A DNA stretch of 64,000 bases from positions 4-64,003 of the forward strand of contig MWDG01000010.1 in NCBI GenBank assembly GCA_002070455.1. Direction: 5' to 3'. Positions 8,908 to 18,820 of this stretch are shown piece by piece. The DNA comes from Deltaproteobacteria bacterium ADurb.Bin151. GTDB taxonomy: Bacteria > Desulfobacterota > Syntrophia > Syntrophales > Smithellaceae. Both the position numbers and the translations under genes were made by a program. The stretch's first letter is position 1; each line of letters begins with the position of its first letter. The notes below the pieces were generated by a model, which was not told where the DNA came from, did no database searches, and saw only the letters and a program-made list of their open reading frames with translations.

Positions 8908-10230
8908 TCAGTTGGCCAGATTCTTTTTCATCATATGCCAGCCCCTTAAAATATCAACAGCGGTCCTCACCTGATTGTCTTTTTCCAGATCGTCCATTTC
9001 TTTTGAGCTGTCTGTTTTACGGTCCTCTGTTTCCCTGTCTTCTTCTCCGGCAGGCAGGATGTGACCTTCAAGATCTTTTTCCCGCATCATCTCGTCGGGT
9101 TGACTATCCGTCGTATCCTGCGACGGCTTCTTCAGCTTTACGATCAGATCCGGTTTGATTCCCTCAGCCTGGATAGACCTGCCCTTGGGCGTATAATACC
9201 GGGCCGTTGTCAATTTTAGAGCCGATCCGTCTTCCAGGCGGATCACGGTTTGTACGGAAGCCTTGCCAAATGTTTGGGTCCCTGCAATCAACGCGCGTCC
9301 GTTATCCTGAAGGGCTCCGGCCACAATTTCCGCTGCGCTCGCTGTTCCTTCATTCACAAGAACAACCATGGGAACCGTCACTTCCCTGGCTCCGTCATCT
9401 TTGGCCTGCATCCTGGTTTCCATACTTTTCGTTCGTCCGCGCGTGGATACGATAACACCTGATCTTAAAAACATATCAGATACTTCAATCGCCTGATTTA
9501 AAAGTCCTCCCGGATCGTTTCTCAAATCCAGAACCAGCCCCTGCATGGGATCCGATTTTACTTTCACGTCGGCAAGGGCTTTGCGAAGATCGGCTGCGGT
9601 TTTTTCATTGAAGGAAGAGATGCGGATATATCCGATATTGTGATCGAAAGTTTTTGCCTTCACACTTTGAACCTGAATTTCGGCACGGGTCAAGATAATA
9701 TTCTTAGGTTTAATCATCCCCTCCCGCGTAATCGTGATGGTCACTTTCGTGCCCTTCTTGCCGCGCAGCTTTTTTACAGCTTCCATCATGGAGATATCTT
9801 TTGTGGTTTTGCCGTCAATCTTGATGATCTGATCCCCAGCTTTCACACCCGCTTTATATGCGGGAGTATCTTCAATGGGAGACACAACAGTCAACACGTC
9901 TTTCACCAGGGTAATCTCGATCCCTATGCCTCCAAAATGCCCTTGTGTCTCCTCCTCCAGCCCCTTGTATACATCAGGAGTCATAAACGAGCTATGCGGA
10001 TCCAGTGTTTTGATCATACCGTTTATCGCCCCCTGAATTAACGAGGACGAATCCACCTGATCCACATAATTTTTCTGCACCATGTCCAACACTTCGTTGA
10101 ATGTTTTAATTTCCTTATAGATATTTTTTTCCTTTGCGGAAACCAGGCTGTCCGAAGAAGTCCAGAAAACAACAAAAAATCCGATGATTACGATGGCAAA
10201 TACCAACCCTTTTACAGATATGTTCTTCAT
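8908..10230 (-). CDS. Carboxy-terminal processing protease (S41 family, PDZ domain)
   Basis: FGGIGIE, a PDZ segment, and VLVNEGTASAAEIVAGALQD (catalytic Ser region). Start set at the ATG 6 nt after GTGAGG; the track ORF extends to a GTG at 10242. Confidence 0.9.
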   Translation of the reverse strand: MKNISVKGLVFAIVIIGFFVVFWTSSDSLVSAKEKNIYKEIKTFNEVLDMVQKNYVDQVDSSSLIQGAINGMIKTLDPHSSFMTPDVYKGLEEETQGHFGGIGIEITLVKDVLTVVSPIEDTPAYKAGVKAGDQIIKIDGKTTKDISMMEAVKKLRGKKGTKVTITITREGMIKPKNIILTRAEIQVQSVKAKTFDHNIGYIRISSFNEKTAADLRKALADVKVKSDPMQGLVLDLRNDPGGLLNQAIEVSDMFLRSGVIVSTRGRTKSMETRMQAKDDGAREVTVPMVVLVNEGTASAAEIVAGALQDNGRALIAGTQTFGKASVQTVIRLEDGSALKLTTARYYTPKGRSIQAEGIKPDLIVKLKKPSQDTTDSQPDEMMREKDLEGHILPAGEEDRETEDRKTDSSKEMDDLEKDNQVRTAVDILRGWHMMKKNLAN

Positions 10231-10389
10231 GTTATGCCTCACACGGTGAAGAGGTGTTTTATTACAAATGATACTAATAATATTAAGTATATACCATTAT
10301 AATGGTTCTTTTCCATAACTTTCATGAAAACAGGAAAAAATATTAGGAAAACCTGCAAGCACGGGCGGTAAAAGAATGAAGACCGTTAT

Positions 10390-11871
10390 CTATTCAATCA
10401 GCCATGTTGTATGATCTGCCGAATCTTTTAAAATAACCCCCTGAGACGCCAGATCCCGCCGAATGTCGTCAGCCCTGCTCCAGTCCTTGTCTGCACGGGC
10501 TTTTTGCCTTTCCGTGATCATCAGTTCTATCCGCGAAACATCCAGACCGCGTTTGCCGGCTTCAATAACGCGATCAGTCAGAAAGAAGACTTCTGGATCG
10601 TGTTGAAAAATACCCAGCACATTACCAAAATGAGAGAAAACACCCGTTGCAGTATCCAAAATGATCTTTTTGGCTACCGGTTCCATCTTCTTTTCCACGG
10701 CATTGATATTGTTGATCAACCGGGCAGTTTCAAAAACATAGCCCAGAGCCTGTGCCGTATTAAAATCATCGTCAAGAGCTTCATTAAATTGGTCTTTCAG
10801 TTCCTCTAATTTGTTCACATACCCGGACTGATCACTCAAAAGACTGTCACCACTGTGGGAGCCTAATTTATCCTTTGTTTCTTTCATCAACTGAAGTGCG
10901 GAATAGCAGCGAATCAGGGCTGTCCTGGTTTCCTTCATCGCCGTATCAGAGTAATCCACAGGACTCCTGTAGTGACTCTGAAGGATAAACAGACGCAGGA
11001 CTTCCGGGTGGTAGTGCTGGATAATGTCCCGTATCGGGGAAATGTTCCCCAGGGACTTTGACATTTTTTCCGCGTTGATCTTCACAAATCCGTTGTGCAT
11101 CCAGTAATTGGCCAGAGGTTTTCCCGTCGCCGCCTGGGATTGCGCAATTTCATTTTCGTGGTGAGGGAAAACGAGGTCTTCACCGCCACCGTGAATATCG
11201 AATGTTTCACCAAGATACTTCCGGCTCATGGCCGAGCACTCAATATGCCAGCCCGGCCTGCCTTTGCCCCACGGACTTTCCCAGAAAGGTTCGCCTTCCT
11301 TGCTCTTTTTCCAGAGAACAAAATCAAGAGGATTTCTTTTCTTATCGTTGACGTCCACACGTGCACCGGCCATCATTTCATCCAGATGACGTCCGGATAA
11401 TCCGCCATATGCCGGATAATTGTCAACCGCAAAAAACACATCTCCATCCACCGCGTAGGCAATACCTTTACCTTCCAGAATTGCAATCAGGTCAATCATG
11501 TCCGACATATGCGCAGTTGCCCTGGGCGTTACCGTGGGCGTTAAAACATTGAGGGCAGCCATATCCTCGTCATGGAGTTTGATGTAACGTTCAGTGATTC
11601 GGTAGATATCAACACCTTCTTTATTTGCCCGATCAATGATTTTATCGTCAATGTCGGTAAAGTTTTTAACGTACGTCACGTTGTAGCCGCGAGCTTTTAA
11701 ATGACGAAAAACAACATCGAAAACAACCGCGGCACGTGCATGACCTACGTGGCAAACATCGTATGCAGTAATCCCGCAGACGTACATGCCGATGGCACTT
11801 TCCTTGACCGGCTGCAGGATTTCTTTTTTTCTTGTTTTCGTATTAAATAATTTTTGAGGCATTTTCCCCAC
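10390..11871 (-). CDS. cysS: Cysteine--tRNA ligase
   Basis: 493 aa with a class-I HIGH-type motif (CHVGHARA), KMSKS, and the Zn-ligand context GWHIECSAM. Confidence 0.95.
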   Translation of the reverse strand: MGKMPQKLFNTKTRKKEILQPVKESAIGMYVCGITAYDVCHVGHARAAVVFDVVFRHLKARGYNVTYVKNFTDIDDKIIDRANKEGVDIYRITERYIKLHDEDMAALNVLTPTVTPRATAHMSDMIDLIAILEGKGIAYAVDGDVFFAVDNYPAYGGLSGRHLDEMMAGARVDVNDKKRNPLDFVLWKKSKEGEPFWESPWGKGRPGWHIECSAMSRKYLGETFDIHGGGEDLVFPHHENEIAQSQAATGKPLANYWMHNGFVKINAEKMSKSLGNISPIRDIIQHYHPEVLRLFILQSHYRSPVDYSDTAMKETRTALIRCYSALQLMKETKDKLGSHSGDSLLSDQSGYVNKLEELKDQFNEALDDDFNTAQALGYVFETARLINNINAVEKKMEPVAKKIILDTATGVFSHFGNVLGIFQHDPEVFFLTDRVIEAGKRGLDVSRIELMITERQKARADKDWSRADDIRRDLASQGVILKDSADHTTWLIE

Positions 11872-11876
11872 TTTCT

Positions 11877-12917
11877 TCAGGGATAAAGCGGCGGTACATT
11901 CAAGCCGCTGTCTTCCGACAGAGAACAGATGATGTTCATATTTTGAATGGCCTGTCCGGCCGCCCCCTTGACTAAATTGTCAATAGCGGAAATAATAATG
12001 ATCCGTTTCGTCCTCGAATCCAGAGCCAGACCGATATCGCAGTAATTTGACCCGCAAACAGAGGAAATGTTGGGGTACGTCCCTTCCGGACATATCCGAA
12101 TAAATTTTTCTCCTTCATAAAAAGACGCATACATTGCGTGAAGGTCGGAAAGCGTAATATCCGTCTTAAGCGTTGCGTAAACTGTGCTCAGGATTCCTCT
12201 TTTCACCGGCAATAAGTGCGGTGTAAAAGTAATCGCAAAATCAGCCCCTGCCAGTCTGTTCAATTCCTGCTCAATTTCCGGCGTATGTCTGTGCTTTCCC
12301 ACCTTGTAAGCTTTGAAGCCTCCGTCCACTTCGCAAAACAGCGAAGTGACCTGGGGATCTCTTCCCGCACCGCTCACGCCGGATGCCGAATCAGCAATGA
12401 TCGTGGATACATCCACAAGCTTGTTTTTCAAAACCGGCGCAAGTCCCAGAATAATGCTGGTTGGATAACAACCCGGATTGGCTATCAACCGGGCTTGTTT
12501 AATTTCATTCCGGTAAAGTTCAGGAAGACCGTAAACGGCCTGTCCGAAAAGATCGGCACTGCTGTGTTTTGCATACCATTTTTCGTAAACAGCAAGGTCC
12601 CGCAGACGATAATCGGCAGAAAGATCAATGACTTGCCTGCCCGCGTTGATGAACACGGGCACGATATCCATGGAAACACCGTGCGGCAGGGCCAGAAAAG
12701 CCACATCGCAAAGGTTGGAAATCTCCTGTGGAGTTGCATTTGAATAGGTCAGGGTAGTCATACCGGACAGTGAAGGATAGATTTCCGTCGCCGGTCGTCC
12801 GGCATATCGCCTGGATGTAACCGCCACCAGATTCACCTGCGGATGACCGGATAAAATCCGAATGAGCTCCTGGCCCGTGTATCCACTGGCCCCGAAAATT
12901 GCTGCTTGAATTGCCAT
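11877..12917 (-). CDS. argC: N-acetyl-gamma-glutamyl-phosphate reductase
   Basis: IFGASGYTG NAD-binding motif and the catalytic NPGCYPT. ATG at 12917 lies 6 nt after TGGAG; the track ORF starts at an upstream TTG. Confidence 0.95.
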   Translation of the reverse strand: MAIQAAIFGASGYTGQELIRILSGHPQVNLVAVTSRRYAGRPATEIYPSLSGMTTLTYSNATPQEISNLCDVAFLALPHGVSMDIVPVFINAGRQVIDLSADYRLRDLAVYEKWYAKHSSADLFGQAVYGLPELYRNEIKQARLIANPGCYPTSIILGLAPVLKNKLVDVSTIIADSASGVSGAGRDPQVTSLFCEVDGGFKAYKVGKHRHTPEIEQELNRLAGADFAITFTPHLLPVKRGILSTVYATLKTDITLSDLHAMYASFYEGEKFIRICPEGTYPNISSVCGSNYCDIGLALDSRTKRIIIISAIDNLVKGAAGQAIQNMNIICSLSEDSGLNVPPLYP

Positions 12918-12927
12918 AAAAAACTCC

Positions 12928-12957
12928 AAAAAAAAGGGAGGCCTGAAAGCCCCCCCC
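12928..12957 (-). terminator. Rho-independent terminator/attenuator between rpsI and argC
   Basis: The - strand RNA reads GGGGGGGC-TTTCA-GGCCTCCC followed by T8. The stem has one G-U pair and one mismatch. The T-run runs directly into the argC SD. Confidence 0.5.
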
Positions 12958-12964
12958 TGTTTGA

Positions 12965-13357
12965 TCAGCGCTTGGAAAATTGAAATCTTTTGCGGGCTCC
13001 CGGCTGGCCATATTTCTTCCGTTCCTTGATGCGGGCATCACGCGTCAGAAATCCCGCCTTTTTCAAAATGGAACGCAACTCGGCGTCATACCCCAGAAGC
13101 GCTTTGGAAATTCCGTGTTTCACGGCACCGGCCTGGCCTGCCACGCCGCCGCCACTTACGTTAACATAAAAATCGAACTGGTCTTGCTTACCGGTAATTT
13201 CCAGTGGCTGCCGGATGATCATCTTCAGGCTGGGACGGGAAAAATACTCTTCGTAGTTTCTTTTGTTGACTACGATACTCCCACTCCCTGACTTCATATA
13301 GACACGCGCAATAGCGCTTTTTCTTTTACCGGTTGCATAAAATCGTTGTACTGTCAT
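12965..13357 (-). CDS. rpsI: 30S ribosomal protein S9
   Basis: [13 protein letters not shown] start and C-terminal [20 protein letters not shown] lies 5 nt after GGGAGAAG. Confidence 0.95.
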   Translation of the reverse strand: MTVQRFYATGKRKSAIARVYMKSGSGSIVVNKRNYEEYFSRPSLKMIIRQPLEITGKQDQFDFYVNVSGGGVAGQAGAVKHGISKALLGYDAELRSILKKAGFLTRDARIKERKKYGQPGARKRFQFSKR

Positions 13358-13406
13358 GGCTTCTCCCAAATGAAATAAAAATCAATCAATCATCGACCGG
13401 CGCAGA

Positions 13407-13835
13407 TTATACCGCCAGCGTCTTTGGACACTGAGCGTCATGCGGGTGCGCATTGCCGCTGTATATTTTCAGTTTTTTCAACATTTTTCTACCCAGATTA
13501 TTCTTGGGCATCATTCCGGCTACGGCAATACGAATGAGTTTTTCCGGTTTTTCCGCCAGCATCTTTCCGGCAGCCGTTTCTCTTAATCCTCCCGGATATC
13601 CGGAATAGGAATAATAGATTTTGTCCGTAAGCTTTTTGCCGGTCAGGATGATCTTTTCTGCATTGACCACCACAATAAAATCACCTGTATCGACATGCGG
13701 TGTATAAATGGCCTTATGTTTGCCCCGAAGGCGCAGGGCAATCTCACTGGCCAGTCTTCCCAGCACTTTTCCGGATGCATCGACTACATACCAGTCTTTC
13801 TTTGTCTCTTCTGCCTTCGCTGAAAATGTCTTCAT
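13407..13835 (-). CDS. rplM: 50S ribosomal protein L13
   Basis: 142 aa with [22 protein letters not shown], typical of L13. Sits upstream of rpsI. Confidence 0.95.
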   Translation of the reverse strand: MKTFSAKAEETKKDWYVVDASGKVLGRLASEIALRLRGKHKAIYTPHVDTGDFIVVVNAEKIILTGKKLTDKIYYSYSGYPGGLRETAAGKMLAEKPEKLIRIAVAGMMPKNNLGRKMLKKLKIYSGNAHPHDAQCPKTLAV

Positions 13836-13870
13836 AATAAACCGTCACTTTACTAAAAATTTAAAGATGC

Positions 13871-13899
13871 AAACTATGCAATTCCCTTCCTTTTGTCAA
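13871..13899 (-). promoter_or_regulatory. Candidate sigma70 promoter for rplM-rpsI
   Basis: On the - strand: TTGACA, 17-nt spacer, TAGTTT. It lies about 35 nt upstream of the rplM ATG. Confidence 0.4.
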
Positions 13900-13981
13900 G
13901 GAAAATATTTGAATCAAATGCTGATTTTAAAATGGATCGGATCGACACGGTTCTTTTAGGCCATAAAGGGGAAAAATCTCA

Positions 13982-16222
13982 TTAAATCCCTAACATGCCT
14001 AATCCGGCCAATGATATTTTCAGCATAACGGTGTCATCATTGTACGATCTGGTATAATCCACCCCTACGCCCCAGCATTGTTTTGAATAGAACAGGCCGA
14101 CTGTGGTTTCAACCGTCCGGTTGTTGAAACGATCAAGACGGAGAACAAGCCGACCCGTCAGGTTATCGGTAATGACCGCTCTGAGATCCGCGTTGACCTC
14201 TTCGATGGAATCAAGCGTGTAGCGGTAACCGAATATCAGTCTGTCGCCGCGCCAGTCCCGGAGACTCAGGTCATAGTTCATTTGTTTCCAACCGTTGTAG
14301 GGACTATACCGATTGCGGGCAGAAAAGGAAACATAGGGGTGTGGTGCGAAATTCAGCTCCATGCCGAGATCAGACAGGGGACGATTTTCCGTGGCCGAAC
14401 CGCTCACGTCTCGTCTGTATTCATTAATGTCATAGACCTGAAACAGTTTGAAACGTAATAGTTCCAGGTAACTGCGCTCACCATTTGTGCTTTTTATCCT
14501 GGCGGTTAGCGTATTGGTAAGGGCCCACGCAACCGCATTTTGCTGCTGCAGGGCGTTTGTATAAAATATATCATTGGGCAGAAAACTATCCAGCAGCGTG
14601 TAGCTTCTTGGTAAATAATCAGGAAGATTGTGCTGCCGGATTTCCGGAATATAGGAATAAAAAACTTCCGGTTTGATTTCATGTCGTAATTTTTCCCAGT
14701 TCTGAATGTTGACATTGAAGACCCGGGAAATCCTGCTGCTGGCGGACACACCTGCATTATAGATCGTGCGGTTGCCGTTCCGGTTTTCAGAATCTGCTCG
14801 CGAATCGTCACGATTCCAGTATAGTTCTCTCAGTTTTATTTGCGGGACAATTTTCGCATATTTGGAAACTGCAAAGGGCATGGACAGGGTCGGTGCAAAA
14901 TCAAGATAATGACCTTTCTGACCTTGACCCCGGTAAAAATAATCATAATTGCCCTCAAACTCCAGATACAACGGTGTGGAGAATACCCTCTGTTTAATAC
15001 CGGTAAAAATGATTTCGGGATATCTTTGCAGGGTGCCTTCATTATTTGCGGTTGTAAAATTATCAACTGAACTGATGCGGGCCATGATATTGTAATTGTT
15101 CCATCCCTTAAACAGGCGGACGGACGATTCCAGAAAAGGCAGAGACTCGTTTGCCTGAAAAGGAACTTTTCGAAACGGGTCGTTCTCCGTCGCAGCGTAA
15201 TTCGTTAAATAGTAATTATGGGAATTGAAATCACGGAAATACCAGGAATCGGAAACACGCCGCAAATCCGCCCGGAAATAGAATTGCGGATCTATCGTTG
15301 TCTGATGATTGATATAATAAGACCACCGACGGTGCATACCCTGCCAGTCGCGGTGCTGATTCTTTCCAAACGTGTCATTCACACTTTTGTTGTCTTCCAG
15401 ATAGTCCAAATAAATCGTTCCAAACGACTTGGTGCCCGCGAAATAACGGAATTCCACACCCTGCTTCAATCCTCGTTTTTCCATGTAACGAGTGTACAAG
15501 GTCGCGTCCATCTGTGGATTGATCGCCCAAAAAAATGGAATTTCAATATCAATGCCGTGTTTATCCCTCGAATAGGCAAGATACGGAAGGAGAAAACCCG
15601 ATTGTCGCTTGGTTTTCGCGGGAAACGCAACCATGGGGGAATACAACACCGGGAAACCCTTCGTCAGAAACCGGGCGCTGTTCACCCAGCCATATCCTTC
15701 CAGTGTCACTTTCATTTTAGAACCAGCCAGTTGCCAGTCAGGGTTATCGCCGTCACAGGTCGTGGCCAGGGGATTCTCAATATAATAACTGTTTTCCCCT
15801 GTCTTTTCGATCCTGTCGCCTTTTATGTAAAAATGATTACGGGCATAAAAAACCTTGGAATTATAGGCCACTCCGGTTTTGTCTTCTACATTTACTACAA
15901 TTTTATCACCCGCGAGCGAGTCTTGAGCCATCTTTAAAACTGCGTTTCCTTCTGCCGTTGCCAGTTTGTTCTTACGGTCATATTCGGCAGCGTCAGAGGT
16001 TAAAACACCGTCGCCGTAATGAATAATAACATTGCCTTTGGCTGAATAAACATCTTTTTCGTTATCATAGGAAAGAGTATCCGCCTCAATCTTCACCGGA
16101 CCGTCTTCAGGAGCATTGAAGTCTTGAGCCACAACAACGCTGCTCAATGAGAATAGAATAATGCAAATCGCCAGAACGGTAATTTTACATTTATGCTTAA
16201 ATTGAATCAACAAAGCCATCAA
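13982..16222 (-). CDS. lptD: LPS-assembly outer-membrane protein LptD
   Basis: 746 aa with a signal peptide, an OstA-like N-domain (KIEADTLSYD...GNV) and a large Tyr/Asn-rich C-terminal beta-barrel. Confidence 0.9.
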   Translation of the reverse strand: MMALLIQFKHKCKITVLAICIILFSLSSVVVAQDFNAPEDGPVKIEADTLSYDNEKDVYSAKGNVIIHYGDGVLTSDAAEYDRKNKLATAEGNAVLKMAQDSLAGDKIVVNVEDKTGVAYNSKVFYARNHFYIKGDRIEKTGENSYYIENPLATTCDGDNPDWQLAGSKMKVTLEGYGWVNSARFLTKGFPVLYSPMVAFPAKTKRQSGFLLPYLAYSRDKHGIDIEIPFFWAINPQMDATLYTRYMEKRGLKQGVEFRYFAGTKSFGTIYLDYLEDNKSVNDTFGKNQHRDWQGMHRRWSYYINHQTTIDPQFYFRADLRRVSDSWYFRDFNSHNYYLTNYAATENDPFRKVPFQANESLPFLESSVRLFKGWNNYNIMARISSVDNFTTANNEGTLQRYPEIIFTGIKQRVFSTPLYLEFEGNYDYFYRGQGQKGHYLDFAPTLSMPFAVSKYAKIVPQIKLRELYWNRDDSRADSENRNGNRTIYNAGVSASSRISRVFNVNIQNWEKLRHEIKPEVFYSYIPEIRQHNLPDYLPRSYTLLDSFLPNDIFYTNALQQQNAVAWALTNTLTARIKSTNGERSYLELLRFKLFQVYDINEYRRDVSGSATENRPLSDLGMELNFAPHPYVSFSARNRYSPYNGWKQMNYDLSLRDWRGDRLIFGYRYTLDSIEEVNADLRAVITDNLTGRLVLRLDRFNNRTVETTVGLFYSKQCWGVGVDYTRSYNDDTVMLKISLAGLGMLGI

Positions 16223-16310
16223 CCTTCTTCATCCATTTACAATCAAAGCAAAACAGCATTCATCCGCTTTCGACAGGATTAACCGGACGTCCCTTCCAGG
16301 TGGTTCAAGG

Positions 16311-17615
16311 CTAGATCCTACCTTGTCCCGCATCGCCGTGCTGCTTATCACAAGAATGCATTTGATGAAATACCTGTTTTATCTCTCCCGCAAGATAAAA
16401 TGATCCAAGGGCACAGATCATGTCTGAATCAGCGGCCATCTTCATGGCCTTCAGAATCGCTTGCCCAACACTCTCGGAAACAATTGCCCGGCAGCCCAGA
16501 CCTTTCATCACCCGGGCCAACTCCCGCGCCTTAACGGCGCGGTTGGTCTGCAAGGGCGGTAAAATCGTTATTGCGGCGAGCGGTGCAATTTTTTTCAGCA
16601 TGGCAAGATAATCTTTATCCGCCAACACAGCAAAAATCAGAATCAAACGTCGCCAGGAAAAATCCTTTTTAAGCGCACTTTGCAAAGCGCTGACCCCGGA
16701 AGGATTATGTGCACCATCGAGCAGGAAAAAAGGCCGCTCGGAAAGGATTTCCATCCTGGCTTCCCAGTGCGTTTTTTTCAATCCGGAATATATAGCCTCA
16801 GAATCCGTCACAAATCCATTTTTCTCAATGATTTCAATAACTGCCAGTGCCAGCGCAGTATTGGACAATTGATACCCGCCCCTGAGCGGAACGACCAGAC
16901 CGTTTAATATCTTCGTCATTCCATGATAGTCGGCCAGACCGTCCTTCCTTCTGAACATCTTAAAATCCGTACCCAACCGGAACAAAACGGCTTGATTCTG
17001 ACGGCAGGTTGCTGTCAATGTCTGTACAACCCTCTGTTGCGACGCTCCGGTAATACAGATACCCGCCGGTTTGACGATTCCGGCCTTTTCTTTGGCAATC
17101 GCCGTCAGCGTGCGACCCAGATAGGCCGTGTGCTCCAGTCCGATATTGGTAATAACCGAGACAATCGGACGGCACACATTTGTCGCGTCAAGTGTGCCAC
17201 CAAGGCCCACTTCCATCACCGCGATATCAACATGTGCCCGCTGAAAATAAATAAACGCGACAGCGGTCAATACTTCAAAGTAAGTGATGTGTCCTGCCAG
17301 ACGGTTCTTGATCTCACGAACAATGTGATCCAATATCCGAACCGGGATTTTTGCCCCGTTTATGACAATCCGTTCACGAACATCCACAAGATGGGGTGAC
17401 GTATAAAGCCCCACTCTACGGCCTGACTGCTTCATAATGGAAGCGATCATCGCGGCAGTCGAGCCCTTGCCGTTTGTCCCTGCCACAAGGATCGTCGGGT
17501 AGTCATTCTGAGGATTGCCGAACTTCGCCAGAAGTCCCATCATCGTATCCAGACCGAAGTGCATGACATCAATGTTCAGACTGGAAAGATAATCCTCATA
17601 ATGAAATTTTGTCAT
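16311..17615 (-). CDS. folC: Bifunctional folylpolyglutamate synthase/dihydrofolate synthase
   Basis: 434 aa, Mur-ligase family, with P-loop VAGTNGKGST and a DGAHNP motif. Confidence 0.9.
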   Translation of the reverse strand: MTKFHYEDYLSSLNIDVMHFGLDTMMGLLAKFGNPQNDYPTILVAGTNGKGSTAAMIASIMKQSGRRVGLYTSPHLVDVRERIVINGAKIPVRILDHIVREIKNRLAGHITYFEVLTAVAFIYFQRAHVDIAVMEVGLGGTLDATNVCRPIVSVITNIGLEHTAYLGRTLTAIAKEKAGIVKPAGICITGASQQRVVQTLTATCRQNQAVLFRLGTDFKMFRRKDGLADYHGMTKILNGLVVPLRGGYQLSNTALALAVIEIIEKNGFVTDSEAIYSGLKKTHWEARMEILSERPFFLLDGAHNPSGVSALQSALKKDFSWRRLILIFAVLADKDYLAMLKKIAPLAAITILPPLQTNRAVKARELARVMKGLGCRAIVSESVGQAILKAMKMAADSDMICALGSFYLAGEIKQVFHQMHSCDKQHGDAGQGRI

Positions 17616-17935
17616 GGGAGTACCGATATTAAATCCGAATAAGTTGGCGTGAAGCTACCATACCCGGAGCAGACAGGCAACGACTTTATCTCGCATGGGA
17701 TATCGGTTAAGAGTAAAGTCCCCTGCTGCGGGACAAGTTCTCAAAAAACACTTGTGGGACCGTTATTAAGCCATGCTCATGAAGATATCAAATCAGGTTC
17801 CACATCACTTGAATCTTGCTCAAATTTATTGTAATGTATCTGATAAATTAAAGGAATAGACCAGCGCCGCAAAATTGTTTCACGAAAAAAACTGGTTATT
17901 ATTTTATTGTAATTTTGAAAAAGGAGATCACTTTT

Positions 17936-18343
17936 ATGCCGAATGTCAGCGCTGAAGTAACCAATTATCAGTATGAATTTCGGGCCATGAATACGGAAAA
18001 TGCCGCTTTCCTTTATTTGTATGATGGACAGAACAAGCTTCTTTGCATGGCGGCCTTCGTGGACAGAACCGGTCCCCTGCCCGGCCCCAGGCAGGGCCTT
18101 AACGGTACGGTTTTCCTGAGTTTTCACCGCTCCGATCTTTTTTCTTTCACTGACATGCTGCGCAACGAAAAGCCCGTCATGTTCAACTGGTCAGCAGACA
18201 ACCAGTCGGCGCAGATCACAACGGGTAAAGAACCCGTGGGGGAAGAAGAGGGCAAGCACATCGCCTCCTTCTTTGCTGTGAAAAAGCCCGCTGTCCGAAA
18301 AAGTGCCGGAAAGACTGCCGCAAAGAGAAAAACGAAAAAATAA
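17936..18343 (+). CDS. Hypothetical protein with Lys/Ala-rich histone-like C-terminal tail
   Basis: 135 aa from the ATG 9 nt after AAGGAG (the track ORF starts at an upstream TTG). No family recognised. The tail reads KKPAVRKSAGKTAAKRKTKK. Confidence 0.6.
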   Translation: MPNVSAEVTNYQYEFRAMNTENAAFLYLYDGQNKLLCMAAFVDRTGPLPGPRQGLNGTVFLSFHRSDLFSFTDMLRNEKPVMFNWSADNQSAQITTGKEPVGEEEGKHIASFFAVKKPAVRKSAGKTAAKRKTKK

Positions 18344-18820
18344 ACCGTATAAAAAATGTAAATTATCGGGACCATGATTTTCATGATTATCATCTTGACA
18401 ATCTCTTTTGAAATGATGAAAATATAAGCAAAGATATTTGTATATTGGCTTGCAGAAACGAGTAATTTAAGAACGGATTATTTTGAACCGTTTAACGGGA
18501 AAGGGGAAGAATTTTATTATTTAAAAATTGGCCTGGAAACTTGTATTCAATTTCGGCATCTGCATATCGCCATTTACTGAAATACCTGCCTTCAATTTCT
18601 GACATTCAAACACACATCTGATAAATTCGTCATGATAATCTGCTGTTAAATCATGCTGATTTTGCACTTTCCTCTTATTTGTGATGTTTATGACCACGGC
18701 ACATCCAATCATTCCTGGTTTTTGATTGTTCCGTAAAAAGCATTCGCGGAAGATATGTTATTTCACTATTTTGTGCATAAACAAAGGCAACCGTCATAAG
18801 AAAATGAAAGGAGACATATT

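Noticed and set aside
15218-15937. 239-aa + strand ORF inside lptD, and a similar 175-aa ORF inside argC (12216-12743)
   Set aside because: These are shadow ORFs opposite well-supported genes, with no independent signals.
17622-17707. 8-bp inverted repeat (ACCGATAT / ATATCGGT) enclosing 70 nt directly upstream of the folC start. I considered it as a possible THF-type riboswitch or leader.
   Set aside because: By my rough estimate, about one 8-bp inverted repeat is expected by chance in a 320-nt region. I could not match the enclosed sequence to any riboswitch consensus I know. An Infernal/Rfam scan would settle it.
18529-18545. Sigma54-like TGGCCT-N6-TTGTA
   Set aside because: The GG-to-downstream-element spacing is one nt too long, and the -12 element is GT rather than the near-invariant GC.
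18521-18712. 63-aa - strand ORF in the gene-free stretch
   Set aside because: AGGA abuts the ATG, leaving no usable spacer. The product resembles no family I recognise and has an odd Cys/Asn/Gln-rich composition. It is probably random in moderately AT-rich DNA.
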